DNA of 64,000 nt from Lama glama (taxonomy: Eukaryota): assembly GCA_028534125.1 (NCBI GenBank), contig CM052817.1, positions 34,722,001 through 34,786,000 of the forward strand. The letters run 5' to 3'. Positions 36,374-50,319 of the stretch are shown here, piece by piece. Position numbers and translations under genes: made by a program. Every line of letters starts with the position of its first letter. Within the stretch, counting starts at the first letter, position 1. Under the pieces are notes generated by a model, which was not told the origin of the DNA, made no database searches, and worked only from the letters and a program-made list of their open reading frames with translations.

Positions 36374-39300
36374 AAGGAGTAATCTCTGTTATTAAAATAT
36401 ATTTGAAAATACAAAAATACCCAAAGGAGAAAAATTTTAAACACCAAAAAAAGACACTGTTCACAGACTGCCATTGTTAAAATCCTGTGCCATTTAGTAT
36501 GCTGTAAAAATGTATATACACTTTTATCAAAATCGTATCAGTTATAGTTTTATAGACTTTTTTATAGACTTTTTTCTAATGTGAAGTGATACCGCTTTAA
36601 TAACTGAATCTTAAACACACTATTCAGTGAAAAACAATATATTGTATTGGGCTTAATTATGTTTTCCAGAATGAGGAAGTTACCAGTTGGAGCTTCAAGG
36701 AAGTTAGGGTATGGCATGAGTTATTTGAGCAATACTAATAAACCCCATGCCTTGACCTCAAGGGAGGCACTTCTAAGTGCAGGCTGAAATCATCTTCCAA
36801 TTGTGTTTTTCAGTCTCTATTAAGATGTTTCATTAAAAATAAAAATGAGCTGAGCCAGCAGGTCAGCTTCCACTCTTCAGCTGCTGAGCCAAGAGTCTGA
36901 CCTTGTGCTCATCCCACACTTGTTGTTTGAACACATGCTCCCTAACAGCCTCCTCTGTGGGGTAGAGACACTCCAGTGCTCCTAAATTCAGGGCTAACTT
37001 CTCCTAGAAACAAGTTTTAGGGAATAAACATGAATTCCGCTCCTTCACTAATCTAGAAGAGAGAATGAATACAGATGTTTAGTTGTTTAATGCAGAAAAC
37101 CAGTGTAGTTCAGGATCAAACATAGGTCTGAAAGAGCTAATGTGCCCCTCTCAAGCCCTCCTGAGGGCCTCATCAATCAACAGAGATGTGCTGTGCGTGT
37201 CAGGACCTGCTGACTGGTCTACCTAAACAGGGAAACAGGATGGCAACAATAATGGTCATTGGGTCCGTCTAGTCCTGACCTTTTCCTTGTCAACACCTTA
37301 AGGGATTCTACATAAGGCATATAAAAGGATCAGTTAAGAAAGTAGAAACCCCTAATGGGACAAGCCATATAGAGTTTATACATAAGGTAGGTAGTTATGA
37401 AACAGCTTGCAGGTAGCACAGAGCGTGGATCTGATGTTAACTGTTAATCCCCACTCAGTAGGACACAGTGTTCTGTGCTTTTGTTCTAGTCCTAGTCCAG
37501 AGCTTTCTCATCTCCTGGGTCAGCTCCTATGCCTCTGACCTCACTTCTGTGTTCTAGATAGATCCCTACGTGCCAGGGATCGAGTTGTGAACAAGGGAAT
37601 TACCACTTTCTCGTATTAGGCTTTGTTCTCTCTTCAATTATTCAAAATTTCCGTCACTCTCAAGGTTCAGCAGGGCTATTTCTTTTGGGTTTTGTCATTT
37701 TTGTTCTTTTTAAAATTGCTATTGCCCAATGCCAATGTGTCAGAAATTAGGGCCTCTTAAATACACTCTGTAGTAGGGTGGGAGTGAATTAGAATCCTCT
37801 AAGGGAAAAAGAGAATATTCTAGATTGAATATGCCTGGAATGCAGTCTCTTATTATTTAAGTGGCCTTTCTTCTAGAGTCGTTTCTCTGTTCCAATACAA
37901 ACGCCTCCATTGCAACGGTCTGTTCTAGTAGACAGACTGGCCTCAGAGCAAACAGCCCTGCAGGTTAACTGCATGGATTCTACAGGCAAGGCACTGGTAT
38001 GTGTTTCAAAACTTCCTTGAATACTTTTACTTTAAGCTGTTTGAAAACCTTTGTGGATTTCAAAAATTAGAAAAAAAAAGTCTATAAGTCTACTCTTAGG
38101 AGAATTTGCAAGATTTCAGTTAACACATGATAAATCCCAAATATAAAAGACAATGAAAAATGGCAGATTAAAGAAAGGTACTTACTTTTGGGGGAAAAAA
38201 AAAAAGAACAGTAAGGCCAAATAAAATTCAAAAGCAAATTTTAAAATGTTTAATTCCATTAAAATTGTTTCAAGAATTCTGAACCTGAAGTTTCGGATTC
38301 TGGTGAGATCATCCTCCACTTTAGATTTCTACCTTGTGGAATGCTGCTAGAAACAGTGTTGTTTGTGAGCTCCTGTGAGCTGACCAGATGGACAAAGCAT
38401 ATGACTTTGCTAAGAATGATTCAGAGACCACTTTGAGAAAAGGAGGTGCTCTTACCAGGCACAAATGAAGATCATATGAATTGTTCATTGTTTCTGCCAA
38501 GCCCTAAAATTGTAAGAGAACCCAATTCACTAAAAAAATCAAACGTAACTCTTCATCAATCAAATTAAACAAGAGACAAAAGAGTCAAGTCAGAAACCTG
38601 GATTTTTGATTACTTCTCCTGTAGCCATAGACCTACATGTGGTTCTCCAGGAGTCAAATAAAATGGGAATCCAAACTATGTTTCCAATACTCTAAAATCC
38701 ATATAAAGCTGAGAATCACATATTTACAAGGACTGAGCCACATCACCAATGAAAACTTAACATATCCAAGGCAGATAACCTATTTTCATTAAGCTTTAAG
38801 TCCTTCCTAATCATGAAAATGAATGATTATTAGTTTTTTAGTTAGTAAGACTAACACTGGAACTTGTAGGACAGAATAGTTTTCACTCAGGAAGAAGGAT
38901 GATCTAAATGAATTCCCATTCACTTAGTAACCAGTATGTATAAGTCTCATTTACCACCTCATACACTATCCTCACTCCTTAACTCATGAGATTTTTTACA
39001 CATTTCTCTTAAGTTATGGAATCCAGAACTGGACAATTTATTGGTAAACATCTGATCAACATTGTGCTTTCAGGTCCACAGAGGAAAGTAAACACTCGAA
39101 ATAAGTAGGAACCTGTAAGCCAGTCTAAGGAGGCAGTACCCCAAAGCTAGGTGTCCCTAATGTCTCTGAAGCAAATGTCTGTGGAGGGAAAACAGAACTT
39201 TTCAAAGTGTGCATATACATGACCATGTAACAAACAGTTTGGCTAGTCTAATAAAGCTAATATTAATTAAAATATTTTGGCCTTCCTCAGCAATCTAAAA

Positions 39301-39544
39301 TTATTTTAAAAATATTTTTCTGACCAAATATAGGTTTTGCCAAAAAAGAAAATTTTGTAAAATTTCTTTCCACGTAAAATGTTACAATTTTCTGGAACAC
39401 ATATCTGAATTTGTTTGGTGAGGTTTTATACTACCTGTGAAACTTGTTCTTACTTAAGTTTATGAACATCATTCCAGCTTATTCATTTCCATATTCGTAT
39501 CTTTGGTTGTCATTGGAAAATGTTGGCATCATTGTATGAGCAGG

Positions 39545-39765
39545 AGTTGGGGGAACTGATAGCTAGACCTCACTTTCAGTCCTCGTTCTGCAACTTACTA
39601 AAGGACCCTGGGCCAAATCCTTAACTTACAGAGCCGTTTAATTTTGTTTTTCAATTTGTAAAATAGGGATAATAAATAACTTACAAGGATGTTGTAAGGA
39701 TCAGATGAGAAAACATATGTGAAACCCTCAGTGCAGTGTTCCTGTAGTAGGTACTCAGCAAATGA
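39545..39765 (+). mobile_element. MIR SINE
   Basis: gttctgcaacttacta...tttgtaaaatagggataata...gttgtaaggatcagatgaga...gtaggtactcagcaaatg. Confidence 0.8.
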
Positions 39766-40429
39766 GACACTTCTCCTTTTGGGAGCACAGACATCCTCAA
39801 TCTAAAAATTATAGTTGCCCAGGCCCTGAAGGAACATGTAAATATTCATTTGAAAATGATTGTTGTAATTATATGCAAACTAAAAATTAAATACTGTATA
39901 TATTAGACTTCTAATAGTGGGCTCTGAGAAGACTGTAATTTAATCTTAAACCTCATTCCCCCAGAGCTCATCAAGAATGGAGTCAGTGTAAACAGCCAGA
40001 TAATGTAAGGCCAAATGAGCTTGGTTCTGATTCTCTGTCTGGGCCCCATCCTTAAAGACATAGCCCGGTGACAACATGCAAAGGCCATCATCAGTCATCT
40101 TACTTCATTGGTGACCACCTGAATGAAGTTCTAGGAAAAGTCATCTCTTCATTTGAGGTTATATATAGTGAATGATAATCCATAAAAGTTACTGGGAACT
40201 ATTTTATAAATATGCATGCCTGATAAAAATGATTAGCAACCAGGGAGCATGTATTTAGAACGTGTGAGGGACTATGGGAAAAATAAGAGAGATACTCTTT
40301 TCTCTGAAGAAAACTTCTGTCAACTTTGGAAGACAAGATTTGCTTTTTGACATGATCTAATGCATTTTGGAAAATATTAAATTTTTTTATTTTAAAATGA
40401 ACTGGATTCATGTCTGGAAGGAACTGACG

Positions 40430-40650
40430 TGTGTTGCATACCTATTTGTGACAGGCCCTGGGCATATATTATCTCATTTAATCCTCACAAAAATGCTATG
40501 AAGTGGATATAATTCTTCTCATTTTAAGAAAGCTGAGGCTCGTACAGGTGAGGTGACTTGGATAAGGACATATAACTAAGGAGTGACAAACCCAAGAAGC
40601 CAGCACAGGCCAATATCTCAGGGTCCAATGTTCATGCTATTTTCATGACC
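40430..40650 (-). mobile_element. MIR SINE
   Basis: attatctcatttaatcctcaca...aagctgaggctc...gtgacttg. Confidence 0.8.
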
Positions 40651-40767
40651 ACTGGGACAGCCACAGAGAAAATAGGAGGAAAGAAATCATCGTGAGATAC
40701 ACTTTGAAAGAAGAATTTGCAAATGTTTAGAACTGCTTGGATATGGATGACATTAATATCAAGACTT

Positions 40768-41206
40768 TGTTTTTTTCTTTTCTTTTCTTTTTTAACACCT
40801 TTACTGTGGTATAATTCCTGTACAGTAAACTACACATATTTCAGATGTACAACTGGATGAATTTTGATAGATGTATACATACACTTATGAAATCACCACC
40901 CCAATCAAGATGCCTAACATTTCCCTCACTCTCCAAGAGGTGCAAATTTTGAATTCTCAATTTATCCTTTCCTACCCCCTTTATCTCCTGGTAACCATAA
41001 GTTTGTTCTCCATGTTTGTGAGTCTGTTTCTCTTTTGTAGATAAGTTCATTTGTGTCCCTTTTTTAAGATTCCACATACAAGTGATACCTTATGGTATTT
41101 TTCTTTCTCTTTCTGCTTTACTTTGTTTAGAATGACGATCTCCAGGTCCATTCATGTTGCTGCAAATGGCATTATTTTATTCTTTTTTATGGTTGAATAG
41201 TATTCC

Positions 41207-41208
<2 letters not shown>
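40768..41208 (-). mobile_element. Two adjacent L1 3' fragments (old type 40768-40935, cetartiodactyl type 40940-41208)
   Basis: tttactgtggtataatt...aatcaccaccccaatcaaga, then ggtaaccataagtttgtt...ttgctgcaaatggcattattt. Confidence 0.8.
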
Positions 41209-41242
<34 letters not shown>

Positions 41243-41266
41243 TGTATTACATATATATGTAAATAT

Positions 41267-41325
<59 letters not shown>
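41209..41325. repeat. Compound (TA)n(CA)n...(TA)n(TG)n microsatellite
   Basis: Read directly. Confidence 0.95.
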
Positions 41326-41744
41326 CTGCCACAACACTTTGTTAATAAAACTATATGGAGCCTTGACTGAATTTTAATGAAACCTTTCAGAAATGAGACA
41401 AAGTGGGAGCATCAGGAAACAATTCCAATTAAATGTGTTGAAAGAATCAGATTGGCTTTATCCACCTATTTAAAAAGACTCAAAAATTTAAATAAATGTA
41501 TCACTGTCCTCTTATGCAATGTTTTTAATGTTGGCATTTTAAATTTAGAAGACAATACTGTGGTGAGGAAAAGGCTCCCAAATTTTTTTAGGTTAGAAAA
41601 ATCTAGATTTGATTTTTAGACCTCAAATTACTGTGGTAAGATCTTGGGCAGCTCATTTAAACACTTTTAATCTTGTAGGAGTAACTGTCCCACTCCATCC
41701 AACCATCTACTGACCTCCCCACTTACCTACTCATCCACCCACCC

Positions 41745-42345
41745 ATCTGTTTATTCAATTATTCATTCAGTATACATTTGTTGAGCATGTAGTAAATGCC
41801 TGTCACTGGAGACATTTCAGAGGTAAACTAGACTCAGACTCTCAAGGAGTCCATAGTCTAGAAAGAGAGACAGACTTGAATATAAAGGAATGTGGTAAAA
41901 CACGGTGGGGGTTGTAAAGAAAACCCGTCCTGGCCACAGCAGGTAGAAAGGAGAGGTCACGTCCACCTGGTGAGACACGGACTGGAAGGACATCTCACTG
42001 ACACCATGAGAGAGGTAGGATAGGCATTACAAAAGAAGTGGCACATGATCTGGTAGAATATGAGGTGTGATTTTGGGAAGGATGTTCCAACCAGATGGAA
42101 CCACATAAATAGATAACTCAGAAGTATGCTATGGTATGGTAGCCAACAAACTACACGCAGCTTGATTTGGCTGAAATATAGGGAGGGAGGAAGATGCAGC
42201 TAGAGATGAGGCCAGAGAGGATGGTCTGCCACACTGAGGAAATTTCATTGTGTTCTACGGGCTTTAGGAAATCTTTAAAAACCAGGAAGTTGGAGTGAAA
42301 TCATCAGATTTGCATTTGAGAAAGATCACAGCTGTAGAGCAGAGA
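41745..42345 (-). mobile_element. L2 fragment
   Basis: attcattcagtatacatttgttgagc...ctcaaggagtccatagtctag...atcagatttgcatttgagaaagatcac. Confidence 0.7.
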
Positions 42346-42696
42346 ATCAGTATGAAAATGTTATAAGAAAATATATGAAGACCCATTGTAAACTTCACTA
42401 CATAAATGTTTGCTTTTATCAATGTAAGTCATGACTTGCTGTATTGTGAACCATACACGATAGATAAAACATGAATTCTACATAACTCTATGTATTTATT
42501 TAAACAGATAAAGCTATGAAATACAATATTTTTTCAATCAGAAATGAATTGTAATAATAAATTAAGGAGACTTACAAAAATTTCACCTTGTTCCAGAATT
42601 CTTTTTTTTAAATTTTTTTTCAGAAATCTTATCTCAACAAAACACATGGCTGATGAAGTTCCCTAAAAAGAATAAATCAAAATATTGATGATCTTT

Positions 42697-43380
42697 GGAA
42701 ATAACAAGTGTTGGCAAGGATGTGGAGAAACTGAAACCCGTGTGCAGTGTTGATGGGAGTGTAAAATGGCACAGCTGCTATGGAAAAACAGTACGGCAGT
42801 TCCTCAAAAAATTAAAAATAGAACTCCCATATGATCCCTCAGTTCCACTTCTGGGTTTGTGGTCAAAAATTTGAAAGCAGGGTCTCATAGAGATATTTGT
42901 ACACCCATGTTTAGAGCAGCATTATTCATAACAGCCAAAATAGGGAAGCAACTCAAGCATCCACCAGCGGATGAATGAATGAACAAAGTGTGGTATATAC
43001 ATGCAATGGATTATTCACTTCCTTAATAAAAAGGAAATTTTGACACATGCTACAACATGGATAAACCTTGAGGACATTATGCTAAGTGAAATAAGCTAGT
43101 CACAGAAGGATAAATACTGTATAATTCCTCCTATATGAGGTCCCCAGAGTAGTCAAATTCATAGAAACAGAAAATAGAATGGTGGTTGCCAGGGCCTGGG
43201 GGAGGGAGAAAATGGGGAGTTGTTAATTAATGAGTATAGAGTTTCAGTTTTATAAGATAAAAAAGTTCTGGAGATTGGCTGTACAATAATATGACTATTT
43301 TTAACACAATGGACTGTACCCTCAAAACTGGTTAAGATGGTAAGTTTTATGTTAAGTGTATTTTACTATGATTTTAAAAT
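42697..43380 (+). mobile_element. L1MB-like 5'-truncated L1
   Basis: aataacaagtgttggcaaggatgtggagaaa...gagtagtcaaattcatagaaacag. TSD atattgatgatcttt (42682-42696) / atattgatggtcttt (43381-43395). Confidence 0.9.
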
Positions 43381-43907
43381 ATATTGATGGTCTTTAATAG
43401 ATTAAAAACTGCATTAGAAGGATATATGAACAATGATCATCACATTAGTTTTAAAGAGTTACTTTTAAAACATTTAAAGTATGAGGAGTTCTTTTCTTAC
43501 TTTTTTTCTTAATTTGTTTTATCACTATGAGGGTGGTAGTGGTTTATGGTCAAAGAAATTATTATATATCTCCAAGTGACACTAAATTAAATTAAACTAG
43601 TATATACTTTTGGAACATTAAGAAGGGAATCAAATGATTTTATCTATTACTTTTAATTAAATAGTAACTTAAAAATTTGTGTTTTTATAATCACTCAAAA
43701 ATAAATTCCAGAACAGAAATTCAAGAGGAAGATACTCAAATAGAGTTACTGTACAGGTTATATATCACAAGGCAAATCAACCTGTTTTACAGGCCAAGCT
43801 CATTTTCTTTCAGTATAATGATGTAGGATTTGCCTACTAAGTCATGCTACCTTGCTTCTATGCTTTCAGCAGGATAGTCAGAGGGGAATCATTACCAGCT
43901 CATTAAC

Positions 43908-44100
43908 ATGATGGTTTTCAAACCTGAATGTGAAGAAGAATCACCTGGAGAATTTGTGAAACTTGCAGATCCCTGAGCGTCAGAATCAGATTCTGATTCA
44001 GCAGGTCTGGGGTGAGGCCAAGGAATGTGCATTTTAGCCACACATGCAGAGGGGTGGGGACTTTCTGATGCTTGAGGTTCATACAGTTTGAGATAAACTA
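43908..44100. mobile_element. MER5B-like MITE
   Basis: tggttttcaaac...agaatcacctggag...gattctgattcagcaggtctggggtgaggccaaggaatgtgcatttt. Confidence 0.8.
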
Positions 44101-44423
44101 CACTGCAAATGGTTAAGTAAAAACAACCTATTCCACGTGTAGCCTGAATGTCCAGGTACAGCTGATAAATGGTCCATTCTAATTGGGAAATTCTTTTTAA
44201 CAACAAAAGGAAAATTTGTATCTTGTAATGTCTGTCCAACAAGTTGACCATGAGCCACAGGTCAGACTGGAGGTCCAGGATGGCTGTGACTACGACACGA
44301 ACTTGAAGAGATTCCCAGCAGTAAGGAGTGTTGCCTGTCACTTCTTCTATTGGAAACTTTTCCCTCTGCTCCCTCAAATTCACAACAGATCATTTTTAGA
44401 AAATTTAAATGTTTGGGGATGCC

Positions 44424-44692
44424 TATATATACATTCCTTTTCCTATTCTTTTTCATTATAGGCCATTACAATATTGAATATGGTTCCCTGTGCTATACAG
44501 TAGGACCTTGTTGCTTCTTTATTTTGTTTATAGTAGTTAGTATCTGCAAATCCCAAGCCTCCGATTTTATCCCTCCCCTACCCCATTTCCCCTGGTAACA
44601 TAAGTTTGTTTTCTATGCTTGTGAGTTTCTTTCTGTTTTATAAATAAGTTCATTTGTGTCATTTTTTTTAAGATTCCACATACAAGTGATAT
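44424..44692 (-). mobile_element. L1 3'UTR fragment
   Basis: ttccctgtgctatacagtaggaccttgttg...agattccacatacaagtgatatc. Confidence 0.88.
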
Positions 44693-45261
44693 CTAGTCTG
44701 ACCTCTCTTTTTACATGTCTTCACTGGTCATGAATAATAACAGAGATGCAAATTTACTAAAATATCACATATGATGGAAATAAGCCTGGTAGATCAACAA
44801 AATACTGACAAACATTCTCACATTTGAAAAAAACTCATTGATCTTTCTGCTGATAAAGTATGTAACTTGTTTTAGTTGCTCCTACATTTTTATATTGTAC
44901 CTATCAGAGCAAAAAAAAAACTGAAACATTTAGTGATGATTTGAAAAATAGCTAGCAATCGGAGCAATCGATTATTAATAGTGCAACAGACATGAAGTAG
45001 AGAAGCAGCCATTTTATACAGTCAGTGAGCACCAGGAAGTAAAATCTATGCCCTTTTTTGCAATTGAATAAGCAGATCACAATGAAAATGGCATAAATAC
45101 CCATAAAGTGAGAAATTAATTGATGCCTAGATTCAAAGTCAGGTGCGTCTTGTAAGCCACCTCACATCCTTTTATGAAATAAATCAAGGCATAAACAGAT
45201 GCATCCTCACACACACATCCCTACACACACACACATAACTTTTTCTCTTTTATTTCACCAT

Positions 45262-45680
45262 CATTCATTTAATTCATTCAACAGATATGTATTGTGTCTA
45301 CCACATGCCTTGTGGAGCTGATAAACCAGAGGGAGGAAGACAACAACAAGCATGAAAGCAAGCAGATAAACAACATAATTTCAGATGTAATAAGAGCTCT
45401 GAAAAGTTTGATAAGAACATGTGCGGGAGACAGGGTGGGAAGTGGTCACATGATGGGAATGTCTGTCTGAAGAGGTGATATGTCAACCTGAGATGGGAAC
45501 AAGGAAAGGACAGTTCATGGGAAGAGCCCCCGGGCAGAGCAGTCAGCGAGCGTAGCATTGTCAGGAGGCAGGAACAAGCTGGCCACCGAGCACGGTGAGC
45601 GGGCCAGGTGAGCTCAGGTCGGCAGGGGAGGCAGCTGTCGGGGCACGCTGGGCTTCAGGGATTATTCCAATGCTGCACAA
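45262..45680 (-). mobile_element. L2 3' fragment
   Basis: cattcatttaattcattcaacagatatgtattgtgtctaccacatgcc...tgtctgaagaggtgatat. Confidence 0.7.
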
Positions 45681-46399
45681 GCGATAAGGGTCAGAGCTTG
45701 CCACTCTGCTTCAGTGGGGAACATGGGAGGTAATAGCCACTCACACAAATGAAATCCAAGCTGGCCAAGCTCTAGAAGACATGGAAGAGGTGCCCATGCC
45801 CCACCCCTCACTGATTTCCTGGATGTGGCTCCTTCCTGGGGTTCTCTTGCTTTGATTTCTATCACTCTCATCTTGTCCAAGTCTCTGAAGTGTGGTTGTC
45901 CACACACGGACAAAGAAATAGTCCTGTCCTTATCTGAGATGAGCAAACATTTTTAAAGGAGAAACATACTAAATGTGAAAGGAAAAATAGATTTCCAAAG
46001 TATAGGTTTCCGAACACCAAGACCCATTTATCTGCATATTATCCAGTCTCAGTGGACTAGCACAGATGCTCAGATATCTTGCTCTGCTCTTTTTCTGACC
46101 CAAGTCCCACCTGTCATCTGGCATTGGATCTTGGGGAATCCTTCCTGTTTACTGATCCTGGGAGATTGTCTGCCTGTCCAGTCTATGTCATTCCGAGACA
46201 AGTTCTCAAAAGAATCTAATTGAACTTAATTTAATAAGGGAGATTCTTTCCTTCAGGTATATAGAAGAAGAAATGCATCTGCTCTTCAGAGCGTACTGTG
46301 GCAGTCATAAATCAGATTGACTCCACAGCCTCAGGAAGATTGCTTGACTGCGTTATACTCTTCCATATTTAAATAAGTAAGAGGCAATTCAAGGCCATC

Positions 46400-47024
46400 T
46401 CCATCAGGTGCAGAGTATGAGATTTACGATCAGAAGTATAAAAGTTCTCCTCTCTTTGAAATGTATATAAATCCTTTTGAAGACTGGATCAGCCTTTTTC
46501 AGCTTTGTGACCCAGCACTGTCTTTCTTGAGAACCTGGGAGCCAACTCTTTGCGATGTCACCATGGAAGGAGGATGTGCCTCTACCTCCCGGTGTCTGTG
46601 CGCAGGTAGGAGCTTAACTTCAGTGGGGCCTTGCTCCAAGCTGCAAAGCTGCCTCCTCTCATGTCATACAGACAGGAGAAATTGGTTTTTACTGGATAAA
46701 GCCAATTAGCCAACATAGAGGGTCATCCCAATTACCAGGTAAAGTTAGCACAAACTATGTGCGACAAAGGTGCCGTCAAGTCCCCTTACTTGACTAGTCA
46801 TTGTTTATCTTGAAAACACATGTGCCGTGGATTACATCTGCTGGGCTACATAAAACGGTGGGGATTTCCTTCCGTCTTTACAACCTCTTAGCGGACTGCC
46901 TGTGATGTTCATCACCTTCTTGTTTAATGCTTAGTCCATAATAAAACTGCTTCTTTCTCTATATCTGCTGTGGAGAAAATTTCTGGGTTGGGAAAAGATT
47001 TGTTTTTGAACTATTTCCCCAACA
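46400..47024 (+). mobile_element. Old ERV1-type solo LTR (MER67-like, 5' boundary uncertain)
   Basis: TATA-like tacataaaa at about 46847, AATAAA at about 46940, ends ...tatttccccaaCA. Family name is tentative. Confidence 0.6.
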
Positions 47025-49035
47025 TCCCTCAGGAGCAATCAGAGAAGGAAACTCCAAGCTCCTGCTCCCAGCTGAAAAGGGGCGATACAAGCATAACACA
47101 AGTAAACTCTCTGAACTATGTAGCAGCCTCCAAGGTGCACACACATTCGATGGTAAAAGGTAAAAATCTAACTGGCTAAGGAGGCTTACACATAACCTTT
47201 GACCAACTTTGCTCTTCTTTTTCAAGACTGTCTTGGCTATTCTGAGTCCTCTGAATTTCTAAAGAACACGATTTAGCAAAGCACTGTTAAGGGATGGTCC
47301 TATAACCTCAAACCTAATGGCATCACCAAATGCCACTATACTATCTGTAAATTTCAAAATAGTTTTTAAAAAACTACCTGCTATGTTTATGAATGACAAA
47401 ACATTTACTCTCCTAGGAAGCTCCCTCTTTTGTCACTGCCTAGCCAAACCTTTTCCATTTATTAAGATGGAGTTCACATTCTGACTCTTCCAGGCCACAT
47501 TACTGTCCTCCAAATGGCTATTTTTTATAAGACAACTGAGCACTTACTCAGACACTGTTTTATTCTCAGATTGTGGCAGCAAAGCTGGAAACATCTCAAG
47601 GATAGAGATAATATCATAATCTTTTTTTTCATTCCTGCCTGTTATAACTTGAAACTTAAGTCAATATTGGGTTAAATGCTGCTGATTTTTACAGGTTTTT
47701 TTTTTCAAATTCTGAGTTACATTTATATCTTAAATTAAACAAAAAGATATATTTTTTAAAAATTAGACAGTCTAGCATAACTTTGGGCACAATAGTATGC
47801 AACTGACATTTTCGTTCAATTTAATTAGGAGATAAGGGTTGCAACTAATATAGTTTACATTTTTCTTTGCACCAGGCAATGTGACCTTGGCACGTCACGT
47901 AAATAATTTCATTTAATTAAATGGAATCAAATGTGAGCCATATGCAAATATCATTATACATTTAGGATGTGCAAACAAGATATGTTATTTTTATCAACTT
48001 AAGAGTGTTGATTAAACTAATTTAGCTACTCAGGAGATCACTGTTTAGAATCCTAAATTTCTGCCTTGACCCACCCCAACATCATGGAAATGTCAAACTT
48101 AAAATATTCAGTAAACTTTAAAACAATGCTATCAGCATATTCTCCAATAATTTTATTGCAATAACCAGTTTTTTTTACAATATGGTTACAAAAATTATTA
48201 TAATTGTTCTAAGAATCTTCTCATGTTATGCACTTGGACTATGTCCTGGAATAAATAATAATTTCCTCTAAAAGAATTGCTTTCTCTCTCTTTCCACAGT
48301 ATCTTTCCTTAGTATCTAAAAGTTTGCTTTGTTCATATTCGATTCACATGACTGTCAAAATATGTAGCTGCAGATGCCAGAAATATTTTTCAGATCAGGG
48401 CAAATAGTTAGTGAACATTTTTCACTATTTTTCTACTAAAATAGTTACTGGAAAATATTTTCTAAAAGTACTCATTGTGAAACATGGTAGAATTATTTCA
48501 TGTTGGAACCACAGCTTTAATTCAAATACTGTTGACATCAGTGAGTGCATGAGTCATTAAGTGGAATAAAAGGCATCATTCTTAATCATTATTGAAATAT
48601 TAAAAAGATTTCAGAAAAATACAATTTTAAACAAATATAGTGTAATTATGTGTCTCACAATATTTGACAGAGTGACACTCAATAAACAGAACCTTTCTTT
48701 TTAATTACATTATCACATGATTCTCAGCACTTCCAATGGTAAGATTTAATGAACAATGGGGATAAGTTGCTTGTATGTTAGTCTTTTCTAACAGTCCCAA
48801 CTATCACATATTTTAAATATTTTTTCATGCATATACTTATTCCTAAACATTTTCGACTACCTGATATGGGCCAAGTACTAAAGGGTTAAGTGTTTTCTAC
48901 AATAGATAGTATATGCATCAGTATCTAATGCACTATAAACTAAACTTAAATATTATCTAATATTTACAACAGAGAGCAATTATTAAATAATGTGTATATC
49001 TTGCTTCTTTTACATTTCTAATTTTAAGTACTAAG

Positions 49036-49915
49036 CATAGGCAGATTTACCATGAAATAATGAATCTTAAGCTTTAGAACCCTTCTCTTGCACAGGCCCT
49101 TTTCAAAGTCTGAGAGAGGCTCCAGCAACATATTCACATGAACTTATATTTTTGTAAATTTTGCAGAAGATATTTTAATTACAATTGTTTAAGGTAGCTT
49201 TCTCTTTTCACTAGCATCACATTTTCCGTCTTGTTGGGTGGCACTGGAGTGACCAGAGGTATTCAGAAGATCCAGCTAAGTGGAAGTTGAGTTGGAGATG
49301 CAATTAACTTGGATTTAGTGGGATAAATTGATGCAGTTATCAGTCACTTTTCTATATAATTAGGTACTGCTAACCCTTCGAGGGTATGATTTCTTCCAGG
49401 AATAATTCAAGTGCCCACTCTGTGACTCATCTGCAATCATGATATGAAGATGAAGGGCACTGAATATACTGTGTTATGAAAACGGAGAGAGACAGAGCCA
49501 GAAGCTAGTCTGTGGAGGGTTCTTCCAATCATCAGATGCATAAAATTGTAAGTTGAAAATCTGACCTCATCATCCCTTAGTCAAAATGGAATTTTTATTT
49601 CATCATAAATATGCTCTATACTGCCATGTATACAAATATAAATACAGCATATGTATTTTTTACAGAAATCCTACAAAACAAATTTTTTTACAATTCCTAT
49701 GAATGTAAGGTACAAATTTACAGCAACACTACAAACAGTGAGAAGCAAACTTACACATCTATGTATCTCAGCACATCAGATCACATCTTGGCATATTGGA
49801 GACATCTTGAAATGAGGCAATCCCAAATGAAATGGTCTGTAAAACTCTGTTTCTTAAAAAGTGATCCCCAAACTCATACAAGCTTCAAGTTCCACAAAAC
49901 CTGGATTTGTCCCTA
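49036..49915. mobile_element. Zaphod/MER115-like hAT-Tip100 element
   Basis: Ends ggcagatttaccatgaa...ttgcacaggccc and aagcttcaagttccacaaaacctggatttgtcccta, degenerate inverted termini. Confidence 0.75.
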
Positions 49916-50319
49916 GTCAGCAATTCTGCCTAGATAATCCTCACAGAGTGAATCAGAAAATCATAACATCTTGGAAATAACATTAACTTTAAATACCATG
50001 TAGTCTGGTGGGGGGTTTCATATTTTTTCTTTTAAGTTTTAAGACCTTTTTTCCCAAGTAAAGCTTATGTTATAAATGCAGGAGAAAGTCTTAGTGATCA
50101 ACATTATGAGGAAAGTAGAGAGTAACAAGCTAAATAAGAAATACACATGAAACAAATGAGAAACAATAAGCCAAAATTTAAAAATCAGTGTGAACTCCTA
50201 AAACTCAAAAAGATACACACTTTCCTCTGTTTCTGTCCAGAGCAGCCCACTATTCAAGACACTAAGGTAAACAACGACTCCTTACACAAAAAGATATTAA
50301 TGTACACAAAAGATATTAA

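Noticed and set aside
43892..44383. 163-aa minus-strand ORF
   Set aside because: The C-terminal part is a MER5B translation, there is no recognisable domain, and I saw no convincing splice sites.
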